From contig NMRA01000283.1 of assembly GCA_002633005.1 (NCBI GenBank), positions 346,351 to 410,350 on the forward strand: a stretch of 64,000 bases of DNA, written 5' to 3'. How positions within the stretch are numbered: position 1 is the stretch's first letter; the number at the start of each line of letters is the position of its first letter. The DNA comes from Phoronis australis. Lineage: Eukaryota; Animalia; Phoronida. Made by a program: the position numbers and the translations under genes. Of this stretch, positions 36,950-48,771 are shown in pieces. Below the pieces are notes generated by a model, which saw nothing but the letters and a program-made list of their open reading frames with translations, searched no databases and was not told where the DNA came from.

Positions 36950-37166
36950 ATAATGCGTAATATCTTCGTAGAATGCTTCAATTCTTACAAACACGAAAGC
37001 GAAAGTAAAGTTTCTGTTTTAACCGCCATCAGAAAGATGCGCTTCAGCCCTAGACTCTTTGAAATTAAGCTGTCACACAGGGTGGAGAACACAGTATATC
37101 TAGAAGACTCGGACATCTTTGTCACGACTGAAGGTGACGCCACACGTTCGGTTAATTTCTATTCAG
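36950..37166 (+). CDS. FAD-dependent monooxygenase-like gene, exon 3 (start of GD motif)
   Basis: Acceptor cttttgcag|ATA, phase 0. Encodes IMRNIF...FVTTEGDATRSVNFYS. Donor TCAG|GTGAGA, phase 1. Confidence 0.88.
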
Positions 37167-37634
37167 GTGAGAATCGACGGAGACTTTTTGTCATAGGCTC
37201 CGCTAATTATATTGTCGCTGTCACCCATAAACTATCACCAAAAGTGAGAGGGCATCGGTTTGCAAAATAATATGTTATGTTTCCGTTAGATATTCTTGGA
37301 TTTATTTTTGCTGAGCAGTTGTCAGAAGATTGCGTATTAAACTGTGTTTCTGATTATTAACTTTGAAGCGAACAATACTCTGTAATCCTCATCACTACGT
37401 CGGGTTTTGAGCCGAAAACGCATCGTTCGGTAGAGTATAATACCCCTTGATGTAATTCGCTTTAAACAGGGCTACGAAACAATAATACCCGTCGTGTTTA
37501 TTTGTATTTTATTGAAAATCACTGATGTCCAGGCCAGTTTACAACCATTCGATAGTCAAGAATTAATTGAAATCGAGGCCACTGGCATTAGTTAAACACC
37601 CTTAAAATACTCCGCCACTTGCCAGATTGAATTT

Positions 37635-37930
37635 TAACTCAGCTAGTAAATCGTTGGACTACGACCGCTAAGGTTGTGGGTTCGGATCCGACTTGAGGAT
37701 GTACAACCGACCGCTGAGGTTGTGGGTTCGGATCCGACTTGAGGCCGATGCTAAATACTCATTGTCACTTTAAAAGTTAGAGTACGTCTGTATACCTCTC
37801 ACGAAGTATACACTTGGAGCATGTTAATCAATGAACGTTGCGAAAGATCGCCCGCGTCGAATCGGAGGATTGGTTTCATAGTATGATGCTATAGTTTAGC
37901 GTAATTGTCGCTCACGGCAGGTATATTGTA
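37635..37930 (+). mobile_element. tRNA-derived SINE with an internally duplicated B-box segment
   Basis: taactcagctagtaaa (A-box-like), then cgaccgct(a/g)aggttgtgggttcggatccgacttgagg twice (37662 and 37708). 3' boundary approximate. Confidence 0.55.
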
Positions 37931-39034
37931 TTTAATTATACGTAATAGCAACTGAGTGGGCCGAGATTGGATCAAATCACTGAAAAAATGTTAAGTGTTC
38001 TTTTAAACACTGAGATACGCTTTCCGCTTCATTTTAATTTAAAATTTCATTTTTGACTCAAGGTATAGTCCAAATAATGCACATTCAACACAGCTCCAAA
38101 TTTTTCCAAATTTAAATCAATTTAATATGATTTTTTTAGTTATCGTTTTATTTTTGGTGATCCACAACCACCTAAAATGGCCGCTGTTTTTGAGTGACAG
38201 CTGACTCGCGCATTATGGGTACTCACTCAACTGCCGGAAACCTCGCCCACTTTATAAAAAACTTTGACTTGACTGGCGAAACTTATCCTGTGTTCTAAAT
38301 TGATGATGGTAAAGTAAATGGTGCCTTTAAGTATACTTAAATTACTCTCGAAATGTTTGCTCCTGTAAATGGTCAAAAAAATCGTGTTCTGGAAGACGTT
38401 AAACGTAGTTCACAAGGTCCGGAACGGACGTAGCACAGAGACAAATTTACCAAAAACCGGGTTGCCTTTCATGAAAACAAAAAGATGGTGCTCTTCTGGG
38501 ATGCTTTTAGTTTCTTGCCAGTTTGGCGAGATCACTCAAGATCACGCTGTAAAAGGTTAGTTTCGTGAGTAAACACTATAACTCAGAAGTTTTCAAAGGG
38601 GTAGGCCTTTCCCCAGGTTTTGTACAGAATTTCTATTTCGCGTTTGTAAGTATTGAGATTTCAAAGATCGGCCACGACAGAGAAAAATGTACCAAAGGGT
38701 CAACAAATTGCCTTTTTTCATTTGGAACATATAAATAATGAATCATGCACAATAGCCTACAAATGTCATGATGCCCAGCTAATTCATAGCCGACGCCGTG
38801 TGCCCGTTCTGTAGACGCCCTGCACTCGCGAAAGCGCAAGATCACGCAAGTCTTCCGAGATATCGCCATGTATTACAAGCGAATCGTATGATTCTTACTG
38901 CTACAGAGCTCAACCCAAGTTTAATGAGTAAATTGCCTAATTCAAAAGTTGAAAACCGCCTAAGGTGGGTGTATTGAAGCTTTGATTCCTTATCAGATGT
39001 TTCCTCATCGTGACTATCCATATTTGTTTTCCAG

Positions 39035-39225
39035 GTATGGGTCTCAACTTGGGTATACAGGGTTTGCAATCCCTTGGAACGTTTATCTTACTCGCTACCG
39101 TAGCGGAAGCAGAAAGTGAAGTCATCGCAGCCGTACAGTATAAAAGTAACCATGCACAAAATTGCTCGTTAGACTTTATAAAGAACGGCATTAAACGAGC
39201 TACTAATATTTACCCTCGCGAGTAA
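39035..39225 (+). CDS. FAD-dependent monooxygenase-like gene, terminal exon 4
   Basis: Acceptor tttgttttccag|GT. The phase-1 join gives EGDATRSVNFYS-G-MGLNLGIQGL, completing the GD...G.G.N.G motif across the intron. Stop TAA at 39223-39225. Confidence 0.88.
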
Positions 39226-42086
39226 CTCCCGTAATAGTTGCATGGTAGCGTGCCTTATGCCATCATGTCGCAAATCTATTTCTAAATCGGCCGCACAACA
39301 GGCTCCTACTTACGTGATGCTCCGTCTAAAATTCGTTCCTTGGGGCGGCCGGTTTCGATGGAAGGGACCACAACGTGTCCCTAAGCGACATTGAGTCTCG
39401 TAGTCAGCTAGTTTGTCAACTTAGTGGCGAAGTTGTGTGTTATTGTCTTACTGGCTGAATTCAAGTCATTGGTTTCTAGTGTGTCGTCACTTCGGACCGT
39501 CACGTACGTTTTTGAAATGCAATGCAAAAAGAAATCGCAATGAATTGGGTGTTACTTCTACATTCCAGTGCGGTGAAACACAGTCCTTTGTCTTGCTGCA
39601 CTGACCGATCTCTTACTTAATTCCGGTACACGCAAGAATTGGCCTATGTGTTCTCTGATTTTTTTCCAACGCACTCACACACGTTGTTTGGTTTGAACAT
39701 CTACCATGCATGTAGCAAACTGGAAGGTTTTTAGGGAAATATGTCCTTTAAACCAAAGGGCACTGAATACCGCCCATAGATGGAGCTTTTGCTTTGACAC
39801 TCAAACGCGTTTCTACCTCTAGGATTCACGTGCCAGAGTTGGGCAAATATTGCTGATTATCATGATTTTCATGATCATCACAATTGCTGTTCTATTAACG
39901 TGAGACCCATGGATTTCATGAATAGTCAAAAACCAGGGCTTGGAATTTTCCTCTTTTATTGGGATTTTCTCTTTTTGGTTTCGATTTGCTCTTATCTGAT
40001 ATCCAGTTTCCTCTTTTTCCGTCTCTTTTTTATCACTATTTTGACTTTATTCATGCAAAAACGTTTATTTCAGTTAAATTTCACAACACAAAATATATTG
40101 CTATCACACAAGCCTGATTATTTGTGGAACGATACATCACCTGGAAAATTTTCCTCTTTTTGTCATTGGTCATTCCAAGACCTGAACGTTCAACCTGCAA
40201 AATCATCAATCTGACATTTCAATTGGAAAAGAAAACTGAGAGTGCCAAAATGTATGTAAAATGAAATCTTTTGAATTCCCCGACATTGAGCTGCCGTAGC
40301 ATAATGAATGTGCAAAAGATCATTCTGTAATGTTATACGGAAGTCAAATTCCCTACTTGTAATAACCGCACAAAAGCATTCCACCTATGTCGTTATCTCT
40401 TCCTGGTAATATGTATACCACCACTGAAGCATTTTACGCAAAGATTGTTATGGTAGATTTGTATGTTGCATTGGCAGATCTACGGTGTTCAGGCGCCCCG
40501 CCTTGCTTTGGTTCCTATTAGTGGTAGTTTAGAGGAACTTGCATGACAAACGAAATAAAAATGGCCGCCATGCAACCCGCCGTCAGCTGTAAGCTGATCC
40601 GCCAAGGTGCACACAGTTATGGCCTATTGCATTAGGCGGTGAATGATAAGCCAGTCAAAACCGTCCCAAGATCAGTCTGTATTGTAACATCAGAAAGCAT
40701 ATGAATTAGATCTCTGGAGCGAATAAATACACAGTACCTTAATAAAAAAGGCACGCGATAGCGACAGGATACCAGTCAAGCATTTGCTGCATTACCCAGC
40801 GAATGAGTAGCTTATTGTGTAGTATATTTTAAACTTATTAAAAGGTTTTGCGTGTAAGACCTTATCAGTGGACAAAAAAAAATCAGTTTGTTTAGCCAAA
40901 TATCTTATCTACAAAACTATAGATTTTACATGGGCGATCCAGCATTTTTAGAAGGTTCCATAATTTTTAAAAAGGGGTGTCCACGTCAACAATTTGAAAA
41001 TTCTAGATTTGATATCACTAAAATAAAGGGGAAAAAGGGGAATCCGGACCCCCCTGAATACGCCTATGTTTTAACTTAGTGAAATTTTAAACTTTATGAA
41101 AAAACAAAAACTTGATTTTTACTTTATTCAATTTGTCATGAATCAGGTCAAGCGACCACGTGTTCTTAGTAAAATTTATTTAAAAAGAAAAGTTCATTAT
41201 CGCAAAAGTAAGAGTAGCATTAACACGACCAAATTTCGTTTGATCCAAATACTCAAGATGAAATCTCAAAAAACTGCTATTGCAGTTTTCTGATACTTTT
41301 GATTTTTTTCAGAAAAATCATAACAGTCCATCCTATGTTTGAAAGCGTCTCATGCCTCAGTGGCCAGTTAAAAAGCAGTTGCTAACAGCGTTTGGGGGAA
41401 CAGTGCGTGAAGCAGAATTTCTGAAAGTTTCATAATACTCCGATCAGCCACATTTTAGATACGATGTTCCGAAATTAGTCCAGTTTTGAACATTTGAACG
41501 GCCCTATATAGCCTTCCACTGGCAAGTGGATTTGACTTGCCAAAATATTCGAAAAAGTATGGATTAAATCGTTTTTTCAAAAATGCAGTGACACATTTAA
41601 TCTTCTGCTGCACTCACGCAATTCAGTAAGATTTGATGGATGTGGTCTAGAACTGTGGAATTTTCTGTATGCTACTTGTATCTGGGCGATTCGTCAATGC
41701 CTGGTCGACGTGTAACACCCTTAGCGCCACCTTGTGATGACTCGAGTTGGAAGCGTTCGACACTGATCTTGCGTCGAATCAGTTGCATTCAACCGTCAGT
41801 AAAAAAGAAACGATCCACTGTTGAACAATAACTGTCGACGATTGGGTAATATTCATTGTCGTGTCCGGCCATGTCGAATCAACCCTCGGTCTTCTATCGG
41901 ACGTAGGCTACATAATCATTTGACCAAAACACATGTATCCTTTTGGTTCAACGTTTACCTAGTCAGCGTAAAACTTCCAGGGAGTTCCTCAGTTTAAAAC
42001 TAATTCATCGAGTTCGCTTCTAACTGACTCGGACAGTGGTGACATTACATACCAGCCGAACGCCTTTCATACGGTATCACCATCAC

Positions 42087-42159
42087 CTCGCTGGTTCCCT
42101 GCATGCCGCTAGTTGGTCAGTAGTCAGCACGCTGGCTAGGCACGTAGGGAACCAGCGAG
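42087..42159. mobile_element. 73-bp micro-MITE with 21-bp TIR and perfect 10-bp TSD
   Basis: TSD tcaccatcac at 42077-42086 and 42160-42169; TIR ctcgctggttccctgcatgcc / ggcacgtagggaaccagcgag (19/21). Confidence 0.85.
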
Positions 42160-43347
42160 TCACCATCACTCGCACGCGCTCAGTCGTCATCTTGTGACGA
42201 TTCAGTTGTACGAGTCACAGAGTTCACGTGAAAGGAAAAGAACCAATCGGCAGTCAGGTTACAACAGTCAGTTGGATCACACGCTACTTGAAATTAACTG
42301 TATTCATTATCTTTTTTTTTGTTGTTTTAACCTGCTGTACCATGACTATTTTCCCTATGTGGCCGTAGTAACGTTTATCTTTCTATAACTCGTCCCCTAT
42401 ATGGCTTCATTACAGTCATTTCGCTATGAATGTCGTGTCAGATGTCTAGACAGTGTCAACTCTAATTGTATCGGACGTAAATTATCATGGGGCCAAAATT
42501 CACCTTATTGGTTAGAACCAGACACTTTTGGCGAGTACTGCCAGTTATATGTAGCCGTCAAAATGGCTCATTCAGGTTCGCGTCTTACTGAGTCCTCACA
42601 AAATGGCGCTTAGGGTTCATTTTTATCAAGCCTTTTCGCGAAGTGCTCAGGCTGAAGAGGTCACTGTAGTGTACATTTGAGATTCCCAGGATGACTGTTG
42701 ATTGACTGGCCGTGTCATTTTCCACCGAAAACCATCGTCATAATTTGAAATGTCTGTTCTGAGTTCTGTTGAATGTTGTTAAACGTGTACAATGTGTTAC
42801 GTGCTCTGTTGATGTTTAATAAACTGACGGTGACACGGGGTGTTCGTTAATTCCCGTGTTTCCTATGATAAATGTTATTGCGCAGCTGTATGAGATTTTA
42901 GTACAGGCTATATTTCTAAATAATCATTGTTTGTTTTACTAACATAGACGGTCACTTGGTAACAGACATCACTGTGACGTATCCTACGGTTAAACGTCAG
43001 AAGCTTAACAAGTCTAGATTTCGTGCCAATCGATGCTTCTGACGTCATGCCCACAGGGATTTAAATTTTGGTTCATTTGCTGATAATTATCGTTGTTTCA
43101 GTTTATCCTTCCTTGGCACGCATCAGTACCAGCGTTGCTCGAAATTCGTAAAATTGTAAACTGATTCTAGCCGCGTTCGTTCTAGCCTCCAGCGCGCAGT
43201 CGGCTTTAAAAAATAGCAGGCCTAGCTAATAGTCACTTACTAAGGTCCTACCTTTTGAGAACCGGTCCTCCTGAATAGCAGGCATCCTGTGACTATTGCG
43301 GCCACGAATCATATAAAACATTCCATAAATAGTTTTGCTCTAACCAG

Positions 43348-43493
43348 GGATCTCCGGTTCCGTCATTGTCGCATGGTGTTAAAAAAGCAACATATTCATG
43401 ACAGAGTAAAAATCGAGTATGGATCTCCGGTTCCTTCATTGTCGCATTGTGTTAGAAAAGCAACGTATTCATGACAGAGTAAAAATCGAATAT
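43348..43493 (+). repeat. 73-bp tandem duplication
   Basis: ggatctccggttcc.tcattgtcgcat.gtgtta.aaaagcaac.tattcatgacagagtaaaaatcga.tat occurs twice. Confidence 0.9.
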
Positions 43494-44696
43494 TATACTG
43501 TTATTTATGATTGTGACCTCCGATTTTCTCACTCAAAGTTTTCGTAACGCTTGACATTTTTCATCATTTTTGTAAGACATTCTGCTGTTCTCATGTCGTA
43601 AGGTCGTTCTGGTTCAATGAGACGTCATATTCAACAGAACAAATATTCGATTTGTGAGAAGTCCTTAAACTTGCCGTGTTTACAGAGCATTGTTTTGTCT
43701 TAAAAATTCAAAAGGAGACCTAAACCCTATTCTAAAGACATTAAAATCATGCTGTGTTATTTTTGAGAATTAAGTTTGATGATTCATAAAGTTTTCCAAA
43801 TCGACAAGCGTAATCAACTTTAATTGACGGCTGTGAGGACCAGCCGGCCACCTGGACGCTTAGGACCCACTTTGCGATACGGTGAGAACGTTTTATCTGT
43901 ACAACGGACTTAATGTCCCTTACAACTTATTTAGTCCTACTTTTCAACACCCCGATTCCTACCATAGTGAACGTTCATGTAACACAATGTAGGCGGTCGG
44001 TAAGCATTTATTCTAGGCAATTAAGCGTTGTACTTCTGTGGGTTGCATTAAACAGACCTAAATAGGGACTTCCATAAATATTCTGCGTATTTGTGGGCTT
44101 GTGAAAACACTGGTTCTCCTTTCATGTGCTGTTTGAGTTCCAGTTCACTAAGTCGATTTTTGGCTTTGATACAAATCGAGACTGAACTGTACGTTGAATT
44201 CTCAATATTATTGTAAATGAGTAGGGGTTCTTTCATGCAACACCCCTAATTTAAGCTAAGTTCCTAATTATTGTAGTTGAATTAAGGGCTCAGCTGTTTA
44301 GTTATATTACTAGAAAATGTCACTAGTTAAAGAGGAGCTCATGATAATAAAGATAAAATAATAGAAAATGTTAATATGCGAGTAAAAAACGAAATCACTA
44401 AAAAACGAAACAAATACGCAAAAGATTTAGGAAACTTAACTGAGTCCCGGTTTGGGACTGTTTCATGCAACCGCCCACTGAAATCTCAAACTTATGTAGC
44501 CATCAGGTAAAACTGAAAAAATGTAAATGTCTGCTACCCGGGAAATTTTAGCCTCGAAAAAAAATTGATCTGGTACTCTGTCAAACGTACAGAAATCTAA
44601 TGAGAAATAAACTTGCCACCTTTTGTCAAAATCAACTTTTGATTTAGGCTGTAAATTGTTAGAAAATCGTCGGACTCCTCAGTCCTGGGGAGAGGT

Positions 44697-44810
44697 CAGT
44701 TACGCTGGGATCTCGCTAAAAAGCAAGACTTCGCGAGATTACGTGATATATTGTCGTGTATTTCAAATGCGACTTTAGCTAGATTTCAGCGATGTCCTAG
44801 CGTTACTGAA
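44697..44810. mobile_element. MITE family 'CAGTAACGCTAGGACCT', intergenic copy
   Basis: tcagttacgctgggatctcgctaaaaagcaagacttcgcgagattacgtg ... gtcctagcgttactgaa. Confidence 0.7.
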
Positions 44811-45576
44811 CTCCTCCATGTTTCCTCCTCGGATTAAAAAAATGATTTCTTGGCTTGACATGAACTGACAGGTCGTTAAGTCCAGTTTCAATGCAATATG
44901 GCCGTCAGGGGAATCCATGTCATCTATTGTAATCAATTTCTATTCAAACGCAACTCTGTTGCTTTGGAATAGAAGCTCGCCTGAACGTTACCTCACTTGA
45001 TTTTTAACGCTAAATCTAAAAGGCACGCTCGCGTCGTTGAAACTACTAAGATCGTAAAGAAGACGGCCCTATATACATTAACTATAATTACAGCACTAGG
45101 GTTCTCTTTGGATATTTTTAAAATCTCATTAGTTAGTTGTGGTTGTATTTCTTTGCATTAAATTAGCACATCCTCGGGGACTTGTCGTCTGCAACGACAA
45201 AGGTTGAGTGCACTTGAATTACTACCAGACGAATCTGTCTGGACAACAAAAGTCGAAACTGTCTGCACTTCCTTTTCTTCAAACAGCTGTCGGCAACTTG
45301 ACTTTTTAGCTCATTCGCGTCATGCGCTTATAAAATTACTTGGTTCACCTGTGGCACAGAAACGAATAATTTTTCTGCTCAGCGAAGATATATTTGAAGA
45401 AATAAAGCAAAAACCTACATATTACGACTGAACAGAGTACAGGCTCTTTGTTGGTTTGTCATTTAATTAATATTTGTAGAATGAGGTGGTGCCCTAGAAA
45501 AACGGGGTCATTTTTATTACCTCGACAAACTGAGGACACTGCTGACCAGTGGCAAAGACGTGGGCGAAAATAATCT

Positions 45577-47298
45577 AGTGGCTTGTCGTGCTCTCTTTGG
45601 GGCGCGTTGTGTGACGATGAGACCCCTTGTGATGTAGCGTGTGAGTGGCGCCTACCAGATATTTACATCTTGTGAAGGCACCCTGGGTCACATTCGCACG
45701 ATTTTATGATGGCACGCACTGGCGCGCGATTTTGCATGGAAATGAATGAACTTCTCGGGTGAAGTGCATGTGGGAGAAAATCGTAAACGTGTCAGAGTGC
45801 CTTTAAACATAAATTTTCATTTACTCAGGACTGTTATACATAATAAGGCTCTTTAATTTTTATAGCAATAAAACATTATGGGAAATTATTTAGAACACCC
45901 AGTGTGGCGGCATTTGGAATTTTCTAAGGGAATGGCGTCACTAGCGTCTCCCCTGCGCTACATCCGCCGAAGTCGATGTCCTTGTCAAGTTTTTCAAGCA
46001 AAACCGTTAGTCACTTAAGTTTGCAAGTGATTTTCGAGCAACGGTTCGAGCGGCCGATTCGGTAGTTCTGACGTAGATGTATAGTTCACTGTTCGCGTGG
46101 TAAGACTGGTTGGTACTCTCGACAAATACTGAAGTAATTTATTCACTACAGAATAAATAGTGCTTGAGTGCGTGGCACGCGTCAGTACGAACAGATCCTA
46201 CTGAAGTTCAATTAACGATTTGTTTCCATTTGTGTTCCTTTCCAAAAGAATTTAGGTGATGTAGTCTTTTTATTAAACGAAACGGCTATCATCGAGTCAA
46301 TCGACTTCGTATTGATAAAAAATGAGCTACGAAATCCCCGAGTAATTTACGTCTGGAATGCATTTGAAAGACGATAGAACGAGAACAAAAAGACAACTGC
46401 TAGTCTCTTGTTGAACGGAAAAACACTATTTNAGTGGCTTGTCGTGCTCTCTTTGGGGCGCGTTGCGTGACGATGAGACCCCTTGTCATGTAGCGTGTGA
46501 GTGGCGCCTACCAGATATTTACATCTTGTAAAGGCACCCTGAGTCACACTCGCACGATTTTATGATGGCACGCACTGGCGCGCGATTTTGCATAGAAATG
46601 AATAAACTTCTCGGGCACAAGTGCGAAGAGTATGTGGGACAAAATCGTACAAGTGTCAGAGTGCCTTTAGACATAAATTTTCATTTACTCAGGACTGTTA
46701 GATATAATAAGGCTCTTTAATTTTTATAGCAATAAAACATTATGGGAAATTATTTAGAACACCCAGTGTGGCGGCATTTGGAATTTTCTAAGGGAATGGC
46801 GTCACCAGCGTCTCCCCTGCGCTACATCCGCCGAAGTCGATGTCCTTGTCAAGTTTTTCAAGCAAGACCGTTAGTCACTTACGTTTGCAAGTGATTTTCG
46901 AGCAACGGTTCGAGCGCCGGCCGATTCGGTAGTTCTGACGTAAATGTGTAATTCACTGTTCGCGTGGTAAAACTGGTTGGTACTCTCGACAAATACTGAA
47001 GTAATTTATTCACTACAGAATAAATAGTGCTTGAGTGCGTGGCACGCGTCAGTACGAACAGATCCTACTGAAGTTCAATTAACGATTTGGTTCCATTTGT
47101 GTTCCTTTACAAAAGAATTTAGGTGATGTAGTCTTTTTATTAAACGAAACGGCTATCATCGAGTCAATCGACTTCGTATTGATAAAAAATGAGCTACGAA
47201 ATCCCCGAGTAATTTACGTCTGGAATGCATTTGAAAGACGATAGAACGAGAACAAAAAGACAACTGCTAGTCTCTTGTTGAACGGAAAAACACTATTT
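45577..47298 (+). repeat. ~860-bp direct duplication joined by a single N (45577-46431 / 46433-47298); probable uncollapsed allelic overlap
   Basis: Both copies start agtggcttgtcgtgctctc and end ggaaaaacactattt; N at 46432; few SNPs and small indels. Confidence 0.92.
45676..45802. mobile_element. PIF/Harbinger-like MITE (second copy ~46532-46666)
   Basis: aggcaccctg..tcaca.tcgcacgatttt / aaaatcgta.a.gtgtcagagtgcct, flanked by taa/tta in the second copy. Confidence 0.55.
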
Positions 47299-48532
47299 TT
47301 CGCATTTATGGCTTGTAGCATTTTTGTTACAAAAATTAACACAAGTGTTTTAGTTCGATACAGCGAAAAGCAGTGCATGGCTTCGGTATTTACGGAAAAG
47401 ACGAATCACAATAGAAGACCAAATCAAAGAGATAAGATCGAAAACACAACTTGTTTGGTATCTTCTTTTTAACTCTGACTTGAATAAGTGGTGGTACTCA
47501 AGCGCTGATACTGTTGCGAAGTTCATAGCGCAGGCGTTGCTAGGCTTTTCCAGCAGGTACACGCCAATATCTCAGGCAAGTAATTCTACTTGAAAATTTA
47601 TTGTATCCTTAGCGTCTTACTATATTCTAGATAAGATATTTCTGTGACCAACATGTATGTTAGAATCATAAAAATGTATCTTTATTATAGAATGATCATA
47701 TACTTCTGGATGACCGACCCCATTTGGCAAAAACAACCCAGTACTCCATACGGTCCTTTCACATTTACCTACCACTTATCTACAGATAGACACATGGCTT
47801 GCGTACTTCTGTCAGTCAGGTTTTTACATAGTAGCCTGGCACTTGCCGTTCACTTGTGATTATCGTTCATATACTTCAGATGTATTAAAACGACAATGAT
47901 GAAATTTCTACTCAATGTATCTCATCTGATTGTGGTGGTAAAGGTTAGTTTTTTACACCCCTCCAACAGTCAGACTCCAAAGAAAAATATAGCAGAAATG
48001 TCTTTTATCACATCAGGTATTGACAAATGTACAGGTACATTCTGTATATTTACAAGTTAACAGTTGAACGAGAACATCTCAAATGGACCAGTTCTGGGAA
48101 ATAAATAGTTTGACATTGAGAACTAGAAAAAAATAGGACAATATTTACAAAAATAAAAGCTTTATGTACAAAACAATCAGTCATGAAAAATGATTCTTCA
48201 AGAAGTTTGTGGAAAATCTATTGATTTTTCATGAATATCTAATATAAGTCACACTATTTACATACAGTACAAAAAGTCCAGCAAAACAAAGAACCTTTTG
48301 GATTCAACACAGATAACAAATTAACAAAACTGCTTAAGTCGATGTCTTATGAACAGTTCCAAAGAAATTGCAAAACTGGATATAATTTACACAGTAAAGC
48401 CGAAATCTCATATTTACACCTTAAAAATTTCAACATTTTATGCAAAAACTGGAACAAGTAACATGGAGACATCTTCTCTTGGAATAAAACCTCAACATCA
48501 CAGGATTCTTTCATTCCAATCCCACCCACAAT

Positions 48533-48771
48533 TCATTCAACTTCTTCTTTGTTTGAAATTGTCAGAATATCAGCGTCTGATATCGGCAGACCAAATCCTA
48601 ACAAGTCATTGCAGAAATGATCCGCAGTGACATCCTGTGGCAGATTCTGGTCAATGATATCGCCAGCTGTTGATGGGTCAAACTCTTGCAGTTCGCTGCT
48701 ACCACCCTCCTCATTGAAGCCCAACAGTGTCGTCAAGTACTCGGCCAGTTCATATTCAGTCATATGTTCAC
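48533..48771 (-). CDS. CFAP251: CFAP251/WDR66 terminal coding exon
   Basis: ttgtag|GT EHMTEYELAEYLTTLLG...LPQDVTADHFCNDLLGF...EEVE*. The 14 exons sum to 2030 bp (2 + 676 codons including the stop) with no frame break. Confidence 0.93.

Noticed and set aside
37662-37745. CRISPR-like repeat-spacer-repeat
   Set aside because: Only two units with a 9-bp spacer, in eukaryotic context with no cas genes; it is a SINE-internal duplication.
17318-39225. Flavin-dependent halogenase interpretation
   Set aside because: No WxWxIP motif in the spliced protein; the DG and GD motifs fit a monooxygenase-type fold.
47590-48530. CFAP251 polyadenylation site
   Set aside because: Several AATAAA-like hexamers in AT-rich sequence; cannot choose one without transcript data.
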